Source: a virus
Virus record (IMG/VR): IMGVR_UViG_3300045988_122521
DNA length: 64,000 nucleotides
Reading direction: 5' to 3' (one strand)
Below are positions 45,487-53,714 of the stretch, one piece after another (position 1 is the stretch's first letter; every line of letters begins with the position of its first letter). The notes below the pieces were generated by a model that was not told the origin of the DNA, ran no database searches, and saw only the letters and a list, made by a program, of their open reading frames with translations. Both the position numbers and the translations under genes were made by a program.

Positions 45487-46146
45487 TTATCTCTGTTCAT
45501 CACACCACCACACAGTTTCGTGCCGCACACCCGCCGTCTGCGCCTCCTCGTGGGTCATTAAGATGTCAACATGGTTTCCCCTCACGCCCACGTCCAGGGC
45601 TATGTATGTCTTGTCTCCGATGATGACTGTGCTGCCGGTCGGTATCACGTCCGGGTCGGTCGCCACGCAGGAGCCGGGATATACCCACTGGCCGCTGGCG
45701 GTCAACACCCGGCCTAACTCGTCCTGGTTCATGTGTGCGTACTTCTCAACGCAGTCTGCACAATAGCCGGTAATAATGCAGTCCTCCAGCACGTTGCTTT
45801 TGGCCTTTATCGCCTCCCGTATACGCTCGGCCTCATCCGGGGATTCTTCTGCTATATCGTCCGCGTCGCTGTCTGCGATGGCAGCCGCTCCCCATTCTAA
45901 GCGCAGGACGGTGTTCGTGGCTTCTACCGGCGCTTTGTCCTCTGCATTGGCTCTCCACGGAGCGATCAGCGCGAAGATCAGGAAAACCAGCAGTACAGCC
46001 TCCAGCAGCAGGTGCTTGTGTTCCCGACGCACAACGCGGCGATACTCCGACCGCATAACAACAAACGGTCCGGGGCATAGGCCGAGAGCGGCGGCGCGTG
46101 TGATGTTGTCGCTCATAGCGTTATAGATGATTTGTTCCCGTTTCAT
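45487..46146 (-). CDS. 3D-domain cell-wall hydrolase with N-terminal signal-anchor
   Basis: Start refined to ATG 46146 (RBS GAGGAGAAGG). TM helix LLLEAVLLVFLIFALIAPW. C-terminal 3D-domain pattern VIPTGSTVIIGDKTYIALDVGVRGNHVDIL. Confidence 0.7.
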   Translation of the reverse strand: MKREQIIYNAMSDNITRAAALGLCPGPFVVMRSEYRRVVRREHKHLLLEAVLLVFLIFALIAPWRANAEDKAPVEATNTVLRLEWGAAAIADSDADDIAEESPDEAERIREAIKAKSNVLEDCIITGYCADCVEKYAHMNQDELGRVLTASGQWVYPGSCVATDPDVIPTGSTVIIGDKTYIALDVGVRGNHVDILMTHEEAQTAGVRHETVWWCDEQR

Positions 46147-46279
46147 TTGTCTTATCCTTCTCCTCATACAGCGGACACCCGCAGTTCACAAAATCAGCGC
46201 AATACGGGCTATCCCCGTTGCAGCACGCCCACGTCCATTCCTCGTGCCATTTGCAGCCGACACAGCATTTGCTTTTCAT
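46121..46279 (-). CDS. 52-aa Cys-rich protein (below ORF-track cutoff)
   Basis: Manual call: ATG 46279 (RBS AAGGTGAGGA). MKSKCCVGCKWHEEWTWACCNGDSPYCADFVNCGCPLYEEK... Confidence 0.45.
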   Translation of the reverse strand: MKSKCCVGCKWHEEWTWACCNGDSPYCADFVNCGCPLYEEKDKTNETGTNHL

Positions 46280-46479
46280 GTCCTCACCTTCTTACTCAGT
46301 CTGTTCCAGCTTGCCGTAGCGGCGCTCTGGCTCCACCCTGACAGAGTGAAACCGCAGCTCGCGCAGCGCACATAATACCTTTCCGGCACATGAATACCGA
46401 TTTTGCGCTCCCCGCTGTCTCTTCCGCAGTGGGGGCAAACCTCCAGTTTCCCTCGCGGCTGTCTGTTGTACTGGTTCAT
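46276..46479 (-). CDS. lar: Lar-family restriction-alleviation-like zinc-ribbon protein
   Basis: Start refined to ATG 46479. CPHCG...YYVRCASCGFTLSGWSQSAATASWNR matches the Lar-family pattern (CxxCG...C..CG...A...WN.R). Confidence 0.6.
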   Translation of the reverse strand: MNQYNRQPRGKLEVCPHCGRDSGERKIGIHVPERYYVRCASCGFTLSGWSQSAATASWNRLSKKVRT

Positions 46480-46859
46480 GTCCTGTCCTCCGTTTGCCCG
46501 CAAACAGGCAAGACCTCAAGTTTCCCCGTTTTCGGGTTATAATACGTTTTACACTGACTCTTGAGGATACGGATACACCAAGCATACGGCTTATCATCGT
46601 CAACGACGCCGATGGGAAAGCCATCGTAATAAAAATAGTTTTGATCGATCGCCAAGCGCGCTTTGTTTCTCTGCTCCCAAACAGGATTCTGCACACTGCT
46701 TCTTGCATTGCGCGGAGGATTCCCCTCCAAAGGCTTGTTCGGCTGATACCCCTGATACCCCTGCCGTCCATGCCCATTGTTTTTGAAAACGAGGCCGATA
46801 AATGCGGCGAACCCGCCGATCAGAACGAGGCCGACGAGGACGCCCAAAACAGTTTCCAT
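46476..46859 (-). CDS. N-terminally anchored membrane protein
   Basis: 127 aa, TM helix VLGVLVGLVLIGGFAAFIGLVF, RBS GAGGAGGAAAA. Confidence 0.6.
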   Translation of the reverse strand: METVLGVLVGLVLIGGFAAFIGLVFKNNGHGRQGYQGYQPNKPLEGNPPRNARSSVQNPVWEQRNKARLAIDQNYFYYDGFPIGVVDDDKPYAWCIRILKSQCKTYYNPKTGKLEVLPVCGQTEDRT

Positions 46860-46912
46860 TATGTTTTCCTCCTCACATATGTGTGTTTTTGTCTACACCG
46901 ATATAGTCGCTT

Positions 46913-47593
46913 TCACCACATCCTGACCTGCGCCGTATGCTCCGCAAACCGCTGCTCCTGCAGCCGGAAATATGTCGGCTCGATCTCGCACCCGACAAAC
47001 TCAAAGCCAAGATCGTAGGCCGCTATTCTGCTGCTTCCGCTGCCGAGGTGCGTATCCAATATGCGCCAACCTTCTTTGGCGTACTTCTGCATCAGCCACT
47101 CGTACAACGCCACGGGCTTTTGCGTGGGATGGATGCGCTTTTCATTCAGCGCCTTATTCCCCTGCTGGGTCGTGCCTTCGGTGATGCTTTTCCCTTGGAA
47201 CATACCGTTCCACATATACCGAAAGATGCGCACGCTGTCGTGACAGTTTGTGGCCGCCAACTCACAATCTGAAAAAGAACTGTTTTCGTTGCACTTGTCC
47301 CAGACGATACGACCGGGCGGGAAAACGACATCAAAGTAATTGCAGCCCCATACGATATATTTTTTCGCCACGCGCACCAACTCGGAAAAGTAGTCGATGC
47401 CCGGCACATCCCACTTCGGGGATATGGGATAGTCCCGGTGTACGCCGATGGGGCTGACCTTGCAGCCGTAATACCCTCTGCGTTCCGGGCCGGTGAAATA
47501 CGGCGGGTCTACAATGGCAAGGTCAAACGCCTTATCCGGTAGCGCCCGCATATACTCCATGCAGTCCACGTTCAATGCGATCTGCGCGCTCAT
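46913..47593 (-). CDS. DNA N6-adenine/N4-cytosine methyltransferase (beta class)
   Basis: Start refined to ATG 47593. Motif IV IVDPPYF precedes motif I DTHLGSGSS. Confidence 0.85.
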   Translation of the reverse strand: MSAQIALNVDCMEYMRALPDKAFDLAIVDPPYFTGPERRGYYGCKVSPIGVHRDYPISPKWDVPGIDYFSELVRVAKKYIVWGCNYFDVVFPPGRIVWDKCNENSSFSDCELAATNCHDSVRIFRYMWNGMFQGKSITEGTTQQGNKALNEKRIHPTQKPVALYEWLMQKYAKEGWRILDTHLGSGSSRIAAYDLGFEFVGCEIEPTYFRLQEQRFAEHTAQVRMW

Positions 47594-47841
47594 TCCATGT
47601 ACTCCCTCCACTTCTTATCCAGCCCCTTCGCCCGTAGTGTCCTGCCATTCATGGTGTACTGGCGCATCCGAAGCATAAAACTTTCCTCGTGGCAGCGGTC
47701 GCAGTAACCGTGCGTGGCTATGTCCTTCATGCGGTTCCTCTGCTGCTCGTGCGTCAGGTACACGATGTACTCCGCTTCCATCTCCTTGATGCACTTGGGG
47801 CACAGCTTGGCGGTGCGGACCGTCCAGATGGCCTTATCCAT
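47590..47841 (-). CDS. Zinc-binding small protein
   Basis: Start tentatively ATG 47841 (MDKAIWTV). CPKC...CDRCH. Confidence 0.45.
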   Translation of the reverse strand: MDKAIWTVRTAKLCPKCIKEMEAEYIVYLTHEQQRNRMKDIATHGYCDRCHEESFMLRMRQYTMNGRTLRAKGLDKKWREYME

Positions 47842-48202
47842 TGGGGAGTTCTTTCCTTTCACGCATTCTTTTCTCAACGGAAGCTACAGCGTGGAGGATG
47901 TCGTAAGTGTCAACCCGTGAAAGAGGGTCAACGGTAATGACGTCCTTCCCGATGTATCTCGCATAGTCGTACTCCAATTTTGCCCCCTTGCTCACCTGCC
48001 ATCCGAGCTGGAAAAGAACCACATCGGCGCTCTCCAGCATGGCGAAGCAAATACGCATATAGTCGGCCGGCTTCATACCCTCCGGCAGCTCCGCCGGATT
48101 TAGGACGGTGTGCCCCGCCTCCTGCAGCATGGCCGCCGTAGCCTTGAACTGTGCCTTATAATGCGGATTGCCTGTGATACGTCCTGCTATATAGATTTTC
48201 AT
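47834..48202 (-). CDS. DUF4406 / nucleoside 2-deoxyribosyltransferase-like protein
   Basis: MKIYIAGRITGNPHYKAQFKATAAMLQEAGHTVLNPAE is the DUF4406 signature. Confidence 0.7.
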   Translation of the reverse strand: MKIYIAGRITGNPHYKAQFKATAAMLQEAGHTVLNPAELPEGMKPADYMRICFAMLESADVVLFQLGWQVSKGAKLEYDYARYIGKDVITVDPLSRVDTYDILHAVASVEKRMRERKELPNG

Positions 48203-48213
48203 TTCTCCATTTC

Positions 48214-48774
48214 CTACTCCAGTTTGTCCAGAGCCTTTCCGATGAGTTTCCAGCGGTCAACGCCAATGTCCCGCGCCTCCAGCAGGCCACGCCGCACCAC
48301 GTCAGGGGCCACCTTGCCGCCGGTAGCGTCGGACACTCTCTGTGCCCAGCCAAGTTTCGTTCTTTGCTGGTAGGCTTGTAGCCGTATAAAAACCTCCCGC
48401 TTGATCTCCGCCATCGCGCCCTTGGGCTTAAACGGCGTGGCGGGTTCGGTCGGCTGCGGTGCTGGGTCTGGATGGGATTCGTTGCCATCACGCTGTCCGC
48501 TTTCCTCCTGTACCTGCACAAACGCGCCAATGGGGCGAATATCGTCCTTGTTGAGTATTTTTATCGCTGGTACGCCCTCCGGTACGACCGTATAGATGGC
48601 GTCCTCATTCTCCACGCCCAGCGCAGGAAACTCCTCGACGGCGTAGGACGTGATGACATCCTCCGGCAGCACCAGCACGCCCCGCACCAGCCCCTCTATG
48701 ATATAGTTGGTTACGCCCTGCACTATCTGCATACCGCCCTTCACGCGGACAATCAGCACCTTTCGTTCCGTCAT
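48214..48774 (-). CDS. Hypothetical protein
   Basis: 186 aa, RBS GAAAGGAAAA. Confidence 0.55.
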   Translation of the reverse strand: MTERKVLIVRVKGGMQIVQGVTNYIIEGLVRGVLVLPEDVITSYAVEEFPALGVENEDAIYTVVPEGVPAIKILNKDDIRPIGAFVQVQEESGQRDGNESHPDPAPQPTEPATPFKPKGAMAEIKREVFIRLQAYQQRTKLGWAQRVSDATGGKVAPDVVRRGLLEARDIGVDRWKLIGKALDKLE

Positions 48775-49412
48775 TTCTGTTTTTCCTTTCGCAGTTCATT
48801 TACAGCGTCTACCAGTTCGTTGATCTTATCCTGCATGACTTGCGTGTCTGGCGCGTATCTCATAGTCCCGTTTTCGGACTTACGCACGCTCCCGCAGTGA
48901 AGAATCTCCTTGGGCTTCTGCACTACTGCTTTCTCATTCTCCCACCGTCCGATGCGCTTATAGCCATTGAAGCCGTTTTCCGCCTCGTACTTGGTGATGC
49001 AGTCCTCCTCGAACCCACGCTCCCGGCATTTCTCACACCGGCAGATGCTCTTGATGTACCCCACCCGGCCATCCACGGTCTCCACAAAATCTCCCTCGCG
49101 CAGGTACTCCGGCATCATCAACAGTTTCGTGGAGCTCAGCTTGTCGAGATCATCCTTTTCCGCATATCCGCAATCCCTGAGCATCCCCCTGATAAGTGCA
49201 AAGTCGTACTTGCCAATGCGAGTAAAATTCTGCGGCAGATCCTCTATATTGCCACTCCAGCCCGTCTGCGTCCCATCGTCCCACTTGAAAATGAAGCTGT
49301 GAAGCCGCCCTGGCCTCTGGTAAGAAAACACATATCCGGTAAGCGTTTTAGATGATGTGCCATCGGCATGTTCCAACCTCACATAATCTCCCACATGAAA
49401 AGTGTATATCAT
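48771..49412 (-). CDS. Hypothetical protein
   Basis: 213 aa, RBS GAAGGAGG. Confidence 0.55.
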   Translation of the reverse strand: MIYTFHVGDYVRLEHADGTSSKTLTGYVFSYQRPGRLHSFIFKWDDGTQTGWSGNIEDLPQNFTRIGKYDFALIRGMLRDCGYAEKDDLDKLSSTKLLMMPEYLREGDFVETVDGRVGYIKSICRCEKCRERGFEEDCITKYEAENGFNGYKRIGRWENEKAVVQKPKEILHCGSVRKSENGTMRYAPDTQVMQDKINELVDAVNELRKEKQK

Positions 49413-49936
49413 TTCTGCTCGACCTCCTTCAGCGCTTTCTCCGCCTCCTCGCGGGTGAGGAATACGGTCTTACCGATTTCTCCGGCGTTTATACCTGACA
49501 GCGATTGCCAAACAAACCCTTCTACAATGTCCCACTCGATAAACAAGCCGAACAATTCCACGCGGATGGCTCTAACTTTATACACACTGATCGTTTTTCG
49601 ACCCGTTACTTCGTAAAGCCTATCGCCCACCTTGCAAGGCGGCACCACAATCCTGCCGTCTTTGTCAGCTTCTTGATATTTTTTGAGTTCCATGAGTGCG
49701 CTGTGCAATTTTGCCATTTCCAGGCCGCTAAAGTGCTCCTCTTGCATTGACTTGATTTCCCCGGGCGTCAGCCCCGTGTCCTCGTAGGCGGCAAGGCGAT
49801 CCTTGAGGCGATTGCGGCAGTACAGCGCGGTGCAGTCAGCCATCGGCTTACCATGCTTACCCGTCCAATCCGCTTTGCACTTCTGGCAGTCCATCATTGC
49901 CTGTCCATCGGTGTCGCGCTTCGTCAGTCGTTCCAT
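49409..49936 (-). CDS. Hypothetical Cys-containing protein
   Basis: Start refined to ATG 49936 (MERLTKRDTDGQAMMDCQKC...RLAAYEDTGLTPGE), RBS GAGGAGGTGGAG. Confidence 0.55.
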   Translation of the reverse strand: MERLTKRDTDGQAMMDCQKCKADWTGKHGKPMADCTALYCRNRLKDRLAAYEDTGLTPGEIKSMQEEHFSGLEMAKLHSALMELKKYQEADKDGRIVVPPCKVGDRLYEVTGRKTISVYKVRAIRVELFGLFIEWDIVEGFVWQSLSGINAGEIGKTVFLTREEAEKALKEVEQK

Positions 49937-50523
49937 CACTCCACCTCCTCTACATAGCACCAGCTCTGGGGCGGGCGTTCAAGCGTTCTCCCACACTCAA
50001 CAAGATTGATACTCCCGTCAGGGTTGTAGTCATATTTTTGATATGAGCAAGCAATCATGCGCGATTGACACGATTTATCATCATTTTTATACATGCACAC
50101 AGGAGAAAACTCGCTCAGTTTCTTCAGCGGATCGTAGATTTTCAGGTTGGAGATATGCCATCCGTAGCCAGCCTTCGCTTGCAGATACTCGTGCATATCT
50201 TTGAGGGTAAGGCACGACTGCCGCGCCACATCGTTTGTTGTCGGCTGACCCTCACCCTTGACAGAGTAGCTGCCGCCGGGTGAGCGCGTTTCCAGCTCAT
50301 AAATGCGGTCGCAGATAAACTCGCCAATGATCGTTCCGCCAACCTCCATCTGTACCCATTTATCATTGATGATATGGGGAACAGTTCCTTTTGTCCGGTA
50401 AATGTAGCACTTAAACGGCGTTTCCAGCTTCGGACGGGTCTTTCGCACCTCAATGCTCTTTTCGCCCCTACAAATCTTCTCGCACCACTTCGGGCGGATG
50501 CTTATCATAACGGCCTTGCTCAT
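49936..50523 (-). CDS. ASCH-domain protein (paralogue of 27717-28271)
   Basis: Start refined to ATG 50523. MSKAVMISIRPKWCEKICRGEKSIEVRKTRPKLETPFKCYIY. Confidence 0.65.
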   Translation of the reverse strand: MSKAVMISIRPKWCEKICRGEKSIEVRKTRPKLETPFKCYIYRTKGTVPHIINDKWVQMEVGGTIIGEFICDRIYELETRSPGGSYSVKGEGQPTTNDVARQSCLTLKDMHEYLQAKAGYGWHISNLKIYDPLKKLSEFSPVCMYKNDDKSCQSRMIACSYQKYDYNPDGSINLVECGRTLERPPQSWCYVEEVE

Positions 50524-51026
50524 GCCTTTTTCTCCTTCCACGGTGTATCCACGCACTCCGGCTTCTTGCAGCGCATCTCGATTGCCCACAGCAGATTCCA
50601 TGCCGCCGCCAGCAGGTGATCCTCGTCCTCCTGCCCGTCCAGATACTTCGCCGCGTGTCGCATGGCGCTGTCCATCAGGCTGCTGGTGGGGATGCCTTTA
50701 TCGACATTATGCGTCCCATACTTGAGTGCCCCTGCCTCGCAGTGCCTGCTTACCTCGATGATCGCCGCCCACGGGAGAAGATCCATGCGGCCTTTCCCGC
50801 TGTGCATATCCCTCTGCGCCCCGGTGCTGAAGGTGGTACGCTCCCCGCTGTCCTTGATACCGCCCACCACGCCCGCTTTTGGCTTTTCGGCAGACTTTTC
50901 AAGAATCTCACGGATTGGAGACCCTGCTGCCTCAATTTCCTTGTAGCAGTCCGGGCAGTAGCAGTAAATATTTGAGCCGGATACTGCCGCATCAAAGTCC
51001 TTTCCGCATTTTCCGCATACGTTCAT
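50520..51026 (-). CDS. Zinc ribbon + MazZ-like dATP/dGTP pyrophosphohydrolase domain (DUF5664-type)
   Basis: CGKCG...CPDC, then ERTTFSTGAQRDMHSGKGRMDLLPWAAIIEVSRHCEAGALKYG...EDHLLAAAWNLLWAI. Confidence 0.6.
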   Translation of the reverse strand: MNVCGKCGKDFDAAVSGSNIYCYCPDCYKEIEAAGSPIREILEKSAEKPKAGVVGGIKDSGERTTFSTGAQRDMHSGKGRMDLLPWAAIIEVSRHCEAGALKYGTHNVDKGIPTSSLMDSAMRHAAKYLDGQEDEDHLLAAAWNLLWAIEMRCKKPECVDTPWKEKKA

Positions 51027-51595
51027 GTTTCTATCTCTCCTTTCGGTCGTTCCAACGGTCTGTACACCGTCTGCGTTCCCTTAATGTGCGGTATGTGCCA
51101 CACACACCACATCACATCCATCAATGGGCTTCCGCCGTGGTCGTCCTTGAAAAAGAAGTCCGGTCTCCATGTCAGGGGCAGAATGTAACTGGGCGGGAAC
51201 TCATCAAACAAAGATAAGCGGCGTTTCGCGTGCCAGAACTGTGACTTCACCAGAAACGCAAATGGCTTGCCCAGCTCCGCTGCCCTGCGGATAAACGCCT
51301 CCGCCAGCGAGAAAGGCGGGTTCGTGATAATCCAATCAGCCGCGTCAATGCTGGACTTCAAGAAGTCCGTCCCATCCAGAATGTCCGTTGTATAAACGGT
51401 CTCAAAGTACGTCTGAAGCACACCGGCCATATCCCCCTCACCTGCCGCCGGTTCCCAGATCACCGTGTTCTCCGGCAGACGAAGGAAATCAAGCAGTGCC
51501 ACCGTCACCTCCGGCGGCGTCGGGTAAAAATCCGACTCCCTTCTGCCAATCGCGCTGTTGCCGCCCGCTATGCGGCTCGCCTGTAAACTATCCAT
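51023..51595 (-). CDS. N6-adenine-type DNA methyltransferase (NPPF)
   Basis: Start refined to ATG 51595 (RBS GGAGTGAGG), which removes the overlap with the upstream gene. Motif I VWEPAAGEGDMA, motif IV ITNPPFS. Confidence 0.7.
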   Translation of the reverse strand: MDSLQASRIAGGNSAIGRRESDFYPTPPEVTVALLDFLRLPENTVIWEPAAGEGDMAGVLQTYFETVYTTDILDGTDFLKSSIDAADWIITNPPFSLAEAFIRRAAELGKPFAFLVKSQFWHAKRRLSLFDEFPPSYILPLTWRPDFFFKDDHGGSPLMDVMWCVWHIPHIKGTQTVYRPLERPKGEIET

Positions 51596-51597
51596 TG

Positions 51598-52671
51598 TCA
51601 ATACCTCACTCCGATGTAGTCCAGCACCCGCGCATATCCCAGGCCGTCTTTCGTGGGCTTCCACAGACCGTCCGTGTCGAATGCGCCGCCGCCGATGCAG
51701 AATTGGTAGTGCTTCGGGTGCGTTTCTTTCATGCGCTGAAATCGGTTGATCCCCTTTTCCAGATGCGAACCGAAACCGCAGAACATACAGCCCGTTCTTT
51801 GGCAGCCAGTGCAATGCAGCTGGCAGTCCACCAGCGTCGCGTCGTAGTCGTTCTCGCCGTCGCTGGCCACGATGTCGCCGTACACGCTGGCGTAGGGGAG
51901 TTGACGCTCCACGATAAATTGCAGCACATCCTGCTCCGTCCAGAAACTCATGGGCTTAGATAAGGGACGCCTTCCCTCAAAAGCGTTGCAGCCGGTTTCG
52001 CGCCATTTTTGCATACGCAGAAGACTTTCCTCCGCCATTGTTGCCGTCGTGGGCTTGACATCCGCTCGGTGCTCATAGCTCTTTGCCGGGGACTTTTTCA
52101 TAATTCCACAGCACTTGTCTGATATGAGAAATGGAGCCGAAAGCAAATACGCCCACTTTTCACAGTTGTACATACTCTTTTCCCCATCGGCGCGTAAGAC
52201 TTCCCCACGCAATAGCTTCATACTTCGGCTATCTGGTGAACGCCGCGCGGTTTCTATCCGGTGCGCTACGTCTTTACCGATGATGCTGTACCCGTACTTC
52301 GTCACCACCTGCCGAATGTTCATCTTCGGACGTAGACGGTGGAGGTTGACGGTCACGCGGGGGAACTCCCTCCGCAGCCAGTCGGCGTACTCATTGACGA
52401 ACTTCTGTATCTCCGGGTACTCCAACCCAGTGTTCACAAACACCAGATTCAGCTCCCACGGCGGCGTCCTGAAGCTCGACAGGTACCGCGCCGCCAGATA
52501 CGCCAGCACCGTGCTGTCCTTGCCGCCGGAGAAACTGACATAGCACTGCCCGCCCCATGCGGTGTACCACTCGTTCAGCTTTTCATAGGTCAGCACTTCT
52601 TTGTCCTGCACGTCCAGTGCCATCAGTTTCTTCGCTGCCTCTTGCGTCAAGGGTCGGTTGGTTAATCCCAT
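51598..52671 (-). CDS. PAPS-reductase/DndC-like PP-loop ATPase with C-terminal Cys cluster
   Basis: PP-loop SFSGGKDSTV. C-terminal CQLHCTGCQRTGCMFCGFG. Confidence 0.8.
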   Translation of the reverse strand: MGLTNRPLTQEAAKKLMALDVQDKEVLTYEKLNEWYTAWGGQCYVSFSGGKDSTVLAYLAARYLSSFRTPPWELNLVFVNTGLEYPEIQKFVNEYADWLRREFPRVTVNLHRLRPKMNIRQVVTKYGYSIIGKDVAHRIETARRSPDSRSMKLLRGEVLRADGEKSMYNCEKWAYLLSAPFLISDKCCGIMKKSPAKSYEHRADVKPTTATMAEESLLRMQKWRETGCNAFEGRRPLSKPMSFWTEQDVLQFIVERQLPYASVYGDIVASDGENDYDATLVDCQLHCTGCQRTGCMFCGFGSHLEKGINRFQRMKETHPKHYQFCIGGGAFDTDGLWKPTKDGLGYARVLDYIGVRY

Positions 52672-52681
52672 CTCTATCCTC

Positions 52682-53032
52682 CTATAAACTGAACCACAGG
52701 TAATCCCGCAGTTTTTTCTTAGCTCTCTGCACGCTTCGACTTATCGTGGACTTATTTACCCCGAACCGCTCCGCCAGCTGCTCCATCGTCAGGCGCTCCG
52801 AATAGTACGCCAATAAGTACATCCGCTGTTTCTCCGGCAACTTGGACAGCGCTGCCGGCAGTTTTCTTTTCAGCCGAAGAAGCCTTTCCGCATTGTCCTC
52901 TGCCATCTCGTCCCGAAACCTTTGTGCGCCCAGCAGGTTTTCGAGGACAGTTTCTCTCGGCATAGTCGGCTCTGAACTCCTCATCGAGCCAATACCCCCT
53001 CTCGTAATATGACCGGCAGGCTTTCTCCGCAC
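52682..53032 (-). CDS. Sigma-70 region-4-like HTH regulator
   Basis: LPEKQRMYLLAYYSERLTMEQLAERFGVNKSTISRSVQRAKKKL. The true start is probably ATG 52984 or 52963. Confidence 0.65.
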   Translation of the reverse strand: MRRKPAGHITRGGIGSMRSSEPTMPRETVLENLLGAQRFRDEMAEDNAERLLRLKRKLPAALSKLPEKQRMYLLAYYSERLTMEQLAERFGVNKSTISRSVQRAKKKLRDYLWFSL

Positions 53033-53171
53033 GCCGCAGATCGCGATATACCTCGCGCATCTTATTTTCTATGTACGGAGATGGTGGCTCTGCAGCTCGT
53101 AGCCGTTGTATCTGTACCTGTACCCTTTCGGCACTCTCTGCGTACTGCTCTGCGATTTCGATCAGAAGCAC
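52752..53171 (-). CDS. Upstream ORF overlapping the sigma-like gene in the -1 register (possible frameshifted N-terminus)
   Basis: GTG 53171 with RBS GGAGGAGGTG. MLLIEIAEQYAESAERVQVQIQRLRAA...CRSYYERGYWLDEEF looks coding. The remaining ~70 codons look off-frame. Confidence 0.45.
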   Translation of the reverse strand: MLLIEIAEQYAESAERVQVQIQRLRAAEPPSPYIENKMREVYRDLRRAEKACRSYYERGYWLDEEFRADYAERNCPRKPAGRTKVSGRDGRGQCGKASSAEKKTAGSAVQVAGETADVLIGVLFGAPDDGAAGGAVRGK

Positions 53172-53228
53172 TTAGCGCCACCTCCTCCAACTTGCCGGTA
53201 ACTTGCTCTCTCCCTTTACGGCGTGATG

Positions 53229-53237
53229 ATAATAGCA
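53229..53237 (-). promoter_or_regulatory. Extended -10 element (TGcTATTAT) upstream of the sigma-like operon
   Basis: Minus-sense GGTGTGCTATTATCAT about 55 nt before GTG 53171. The -35 is weak. Confidence 0.35.
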
Positions 53238-53270
53238 CACCGTGTAAACACACATTTCACCGCTTTTTTG

Positions 53271-53298
53271 AAAAAATAATGCAGGGTATCACCCCTGC
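53271..53298 (-). terminator. Rho-independent terminator (minus sense)
   Basis: GCAGGG-GTGATA-CCCTGC followed by ATTATTTTTT. Confidence 0.5.
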
Positions 53299-53399
53299 TT
53301 CGCCTACATATGGCCCGTCCCACAGCCACGCGCCACAAAGGTCGTTTCCCTCCCTCACATACATGGCGCTATGCGCCCGCCGAAATTTTATTTTTTTGC

Positions 53400-53426
53400 C
53401 CCGCCCTTTTGGCGGGTTCCTTTTTT
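53400..53426 (+). terminator. Plus-oriented terminator-like hairpin in the ORF-poor gap
   Basis: T7-G-CCCGCC-CTTTT-GGCGGG-TTCC-T6. Confidence 0.4.
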
Positions 53427-53444
53427 CGCTCCGGTTTCAAAACC

Positions 53445-53477
53445 ACCCCCACCTCCTAACTTGCCTGTAAATTGCCG
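53445..53477 (-). repeat. Second copy of the leader/RBS block found at 53179-53207
   Basis: GGCAATTTACAGGCAAGTTAGGAGGTGG versus GCAAGTTACCGGCAAGTTGGAGGAGGTGG. Confidence 0.6.
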
Positions 53478-53672
53478 TAGCAGCGTCCATTGTTCTTATT
53501 ACTGCATAAAAACCGCGAGAAGTGACGTGTAAGGGAACATTCGTGGGGGGAGGAGAGTTAAGCGCCGCGGGCGCTTTCCGCCGCCCCTCCGGATTGTAAA
53601 CCACCCCCCCCCACCGGTGCCGCGCGGCAGTGGCTACGGGCGGCGATGGCCGTCGCAGGGTTGCCCGTCCTG

Positions 53673-53692
53673 CATTTTTGCGCCATTTTTGC
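53673..53692. repeat. Two CATTTTTGC boxes 11 bp apart
   Basis: TGCATTTTTGCGCCATTTTTGCAAG. Confidence 0.55.
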
Positions 53693-53714
53693 AAGAATAT
53701 TGCATCACGCCGCC

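Noticed and set aside
45318-45623. 101-aa plus-strand ORF spanning the att-proximal repeats
   Set aside because: It crosses two terminators and the arm-type repeats, runs antisense into the 3D-domain gene, and has no RBS.
53604-53612. C9 homopolymer (G9 on the minus strand) as a slipped-strand phase-variation switch or G-quadruplex seed
   Set aside because: Not positioned within an ORF or between identifiable -35/-10 elements. A single run is insufficient for G4 prediction.
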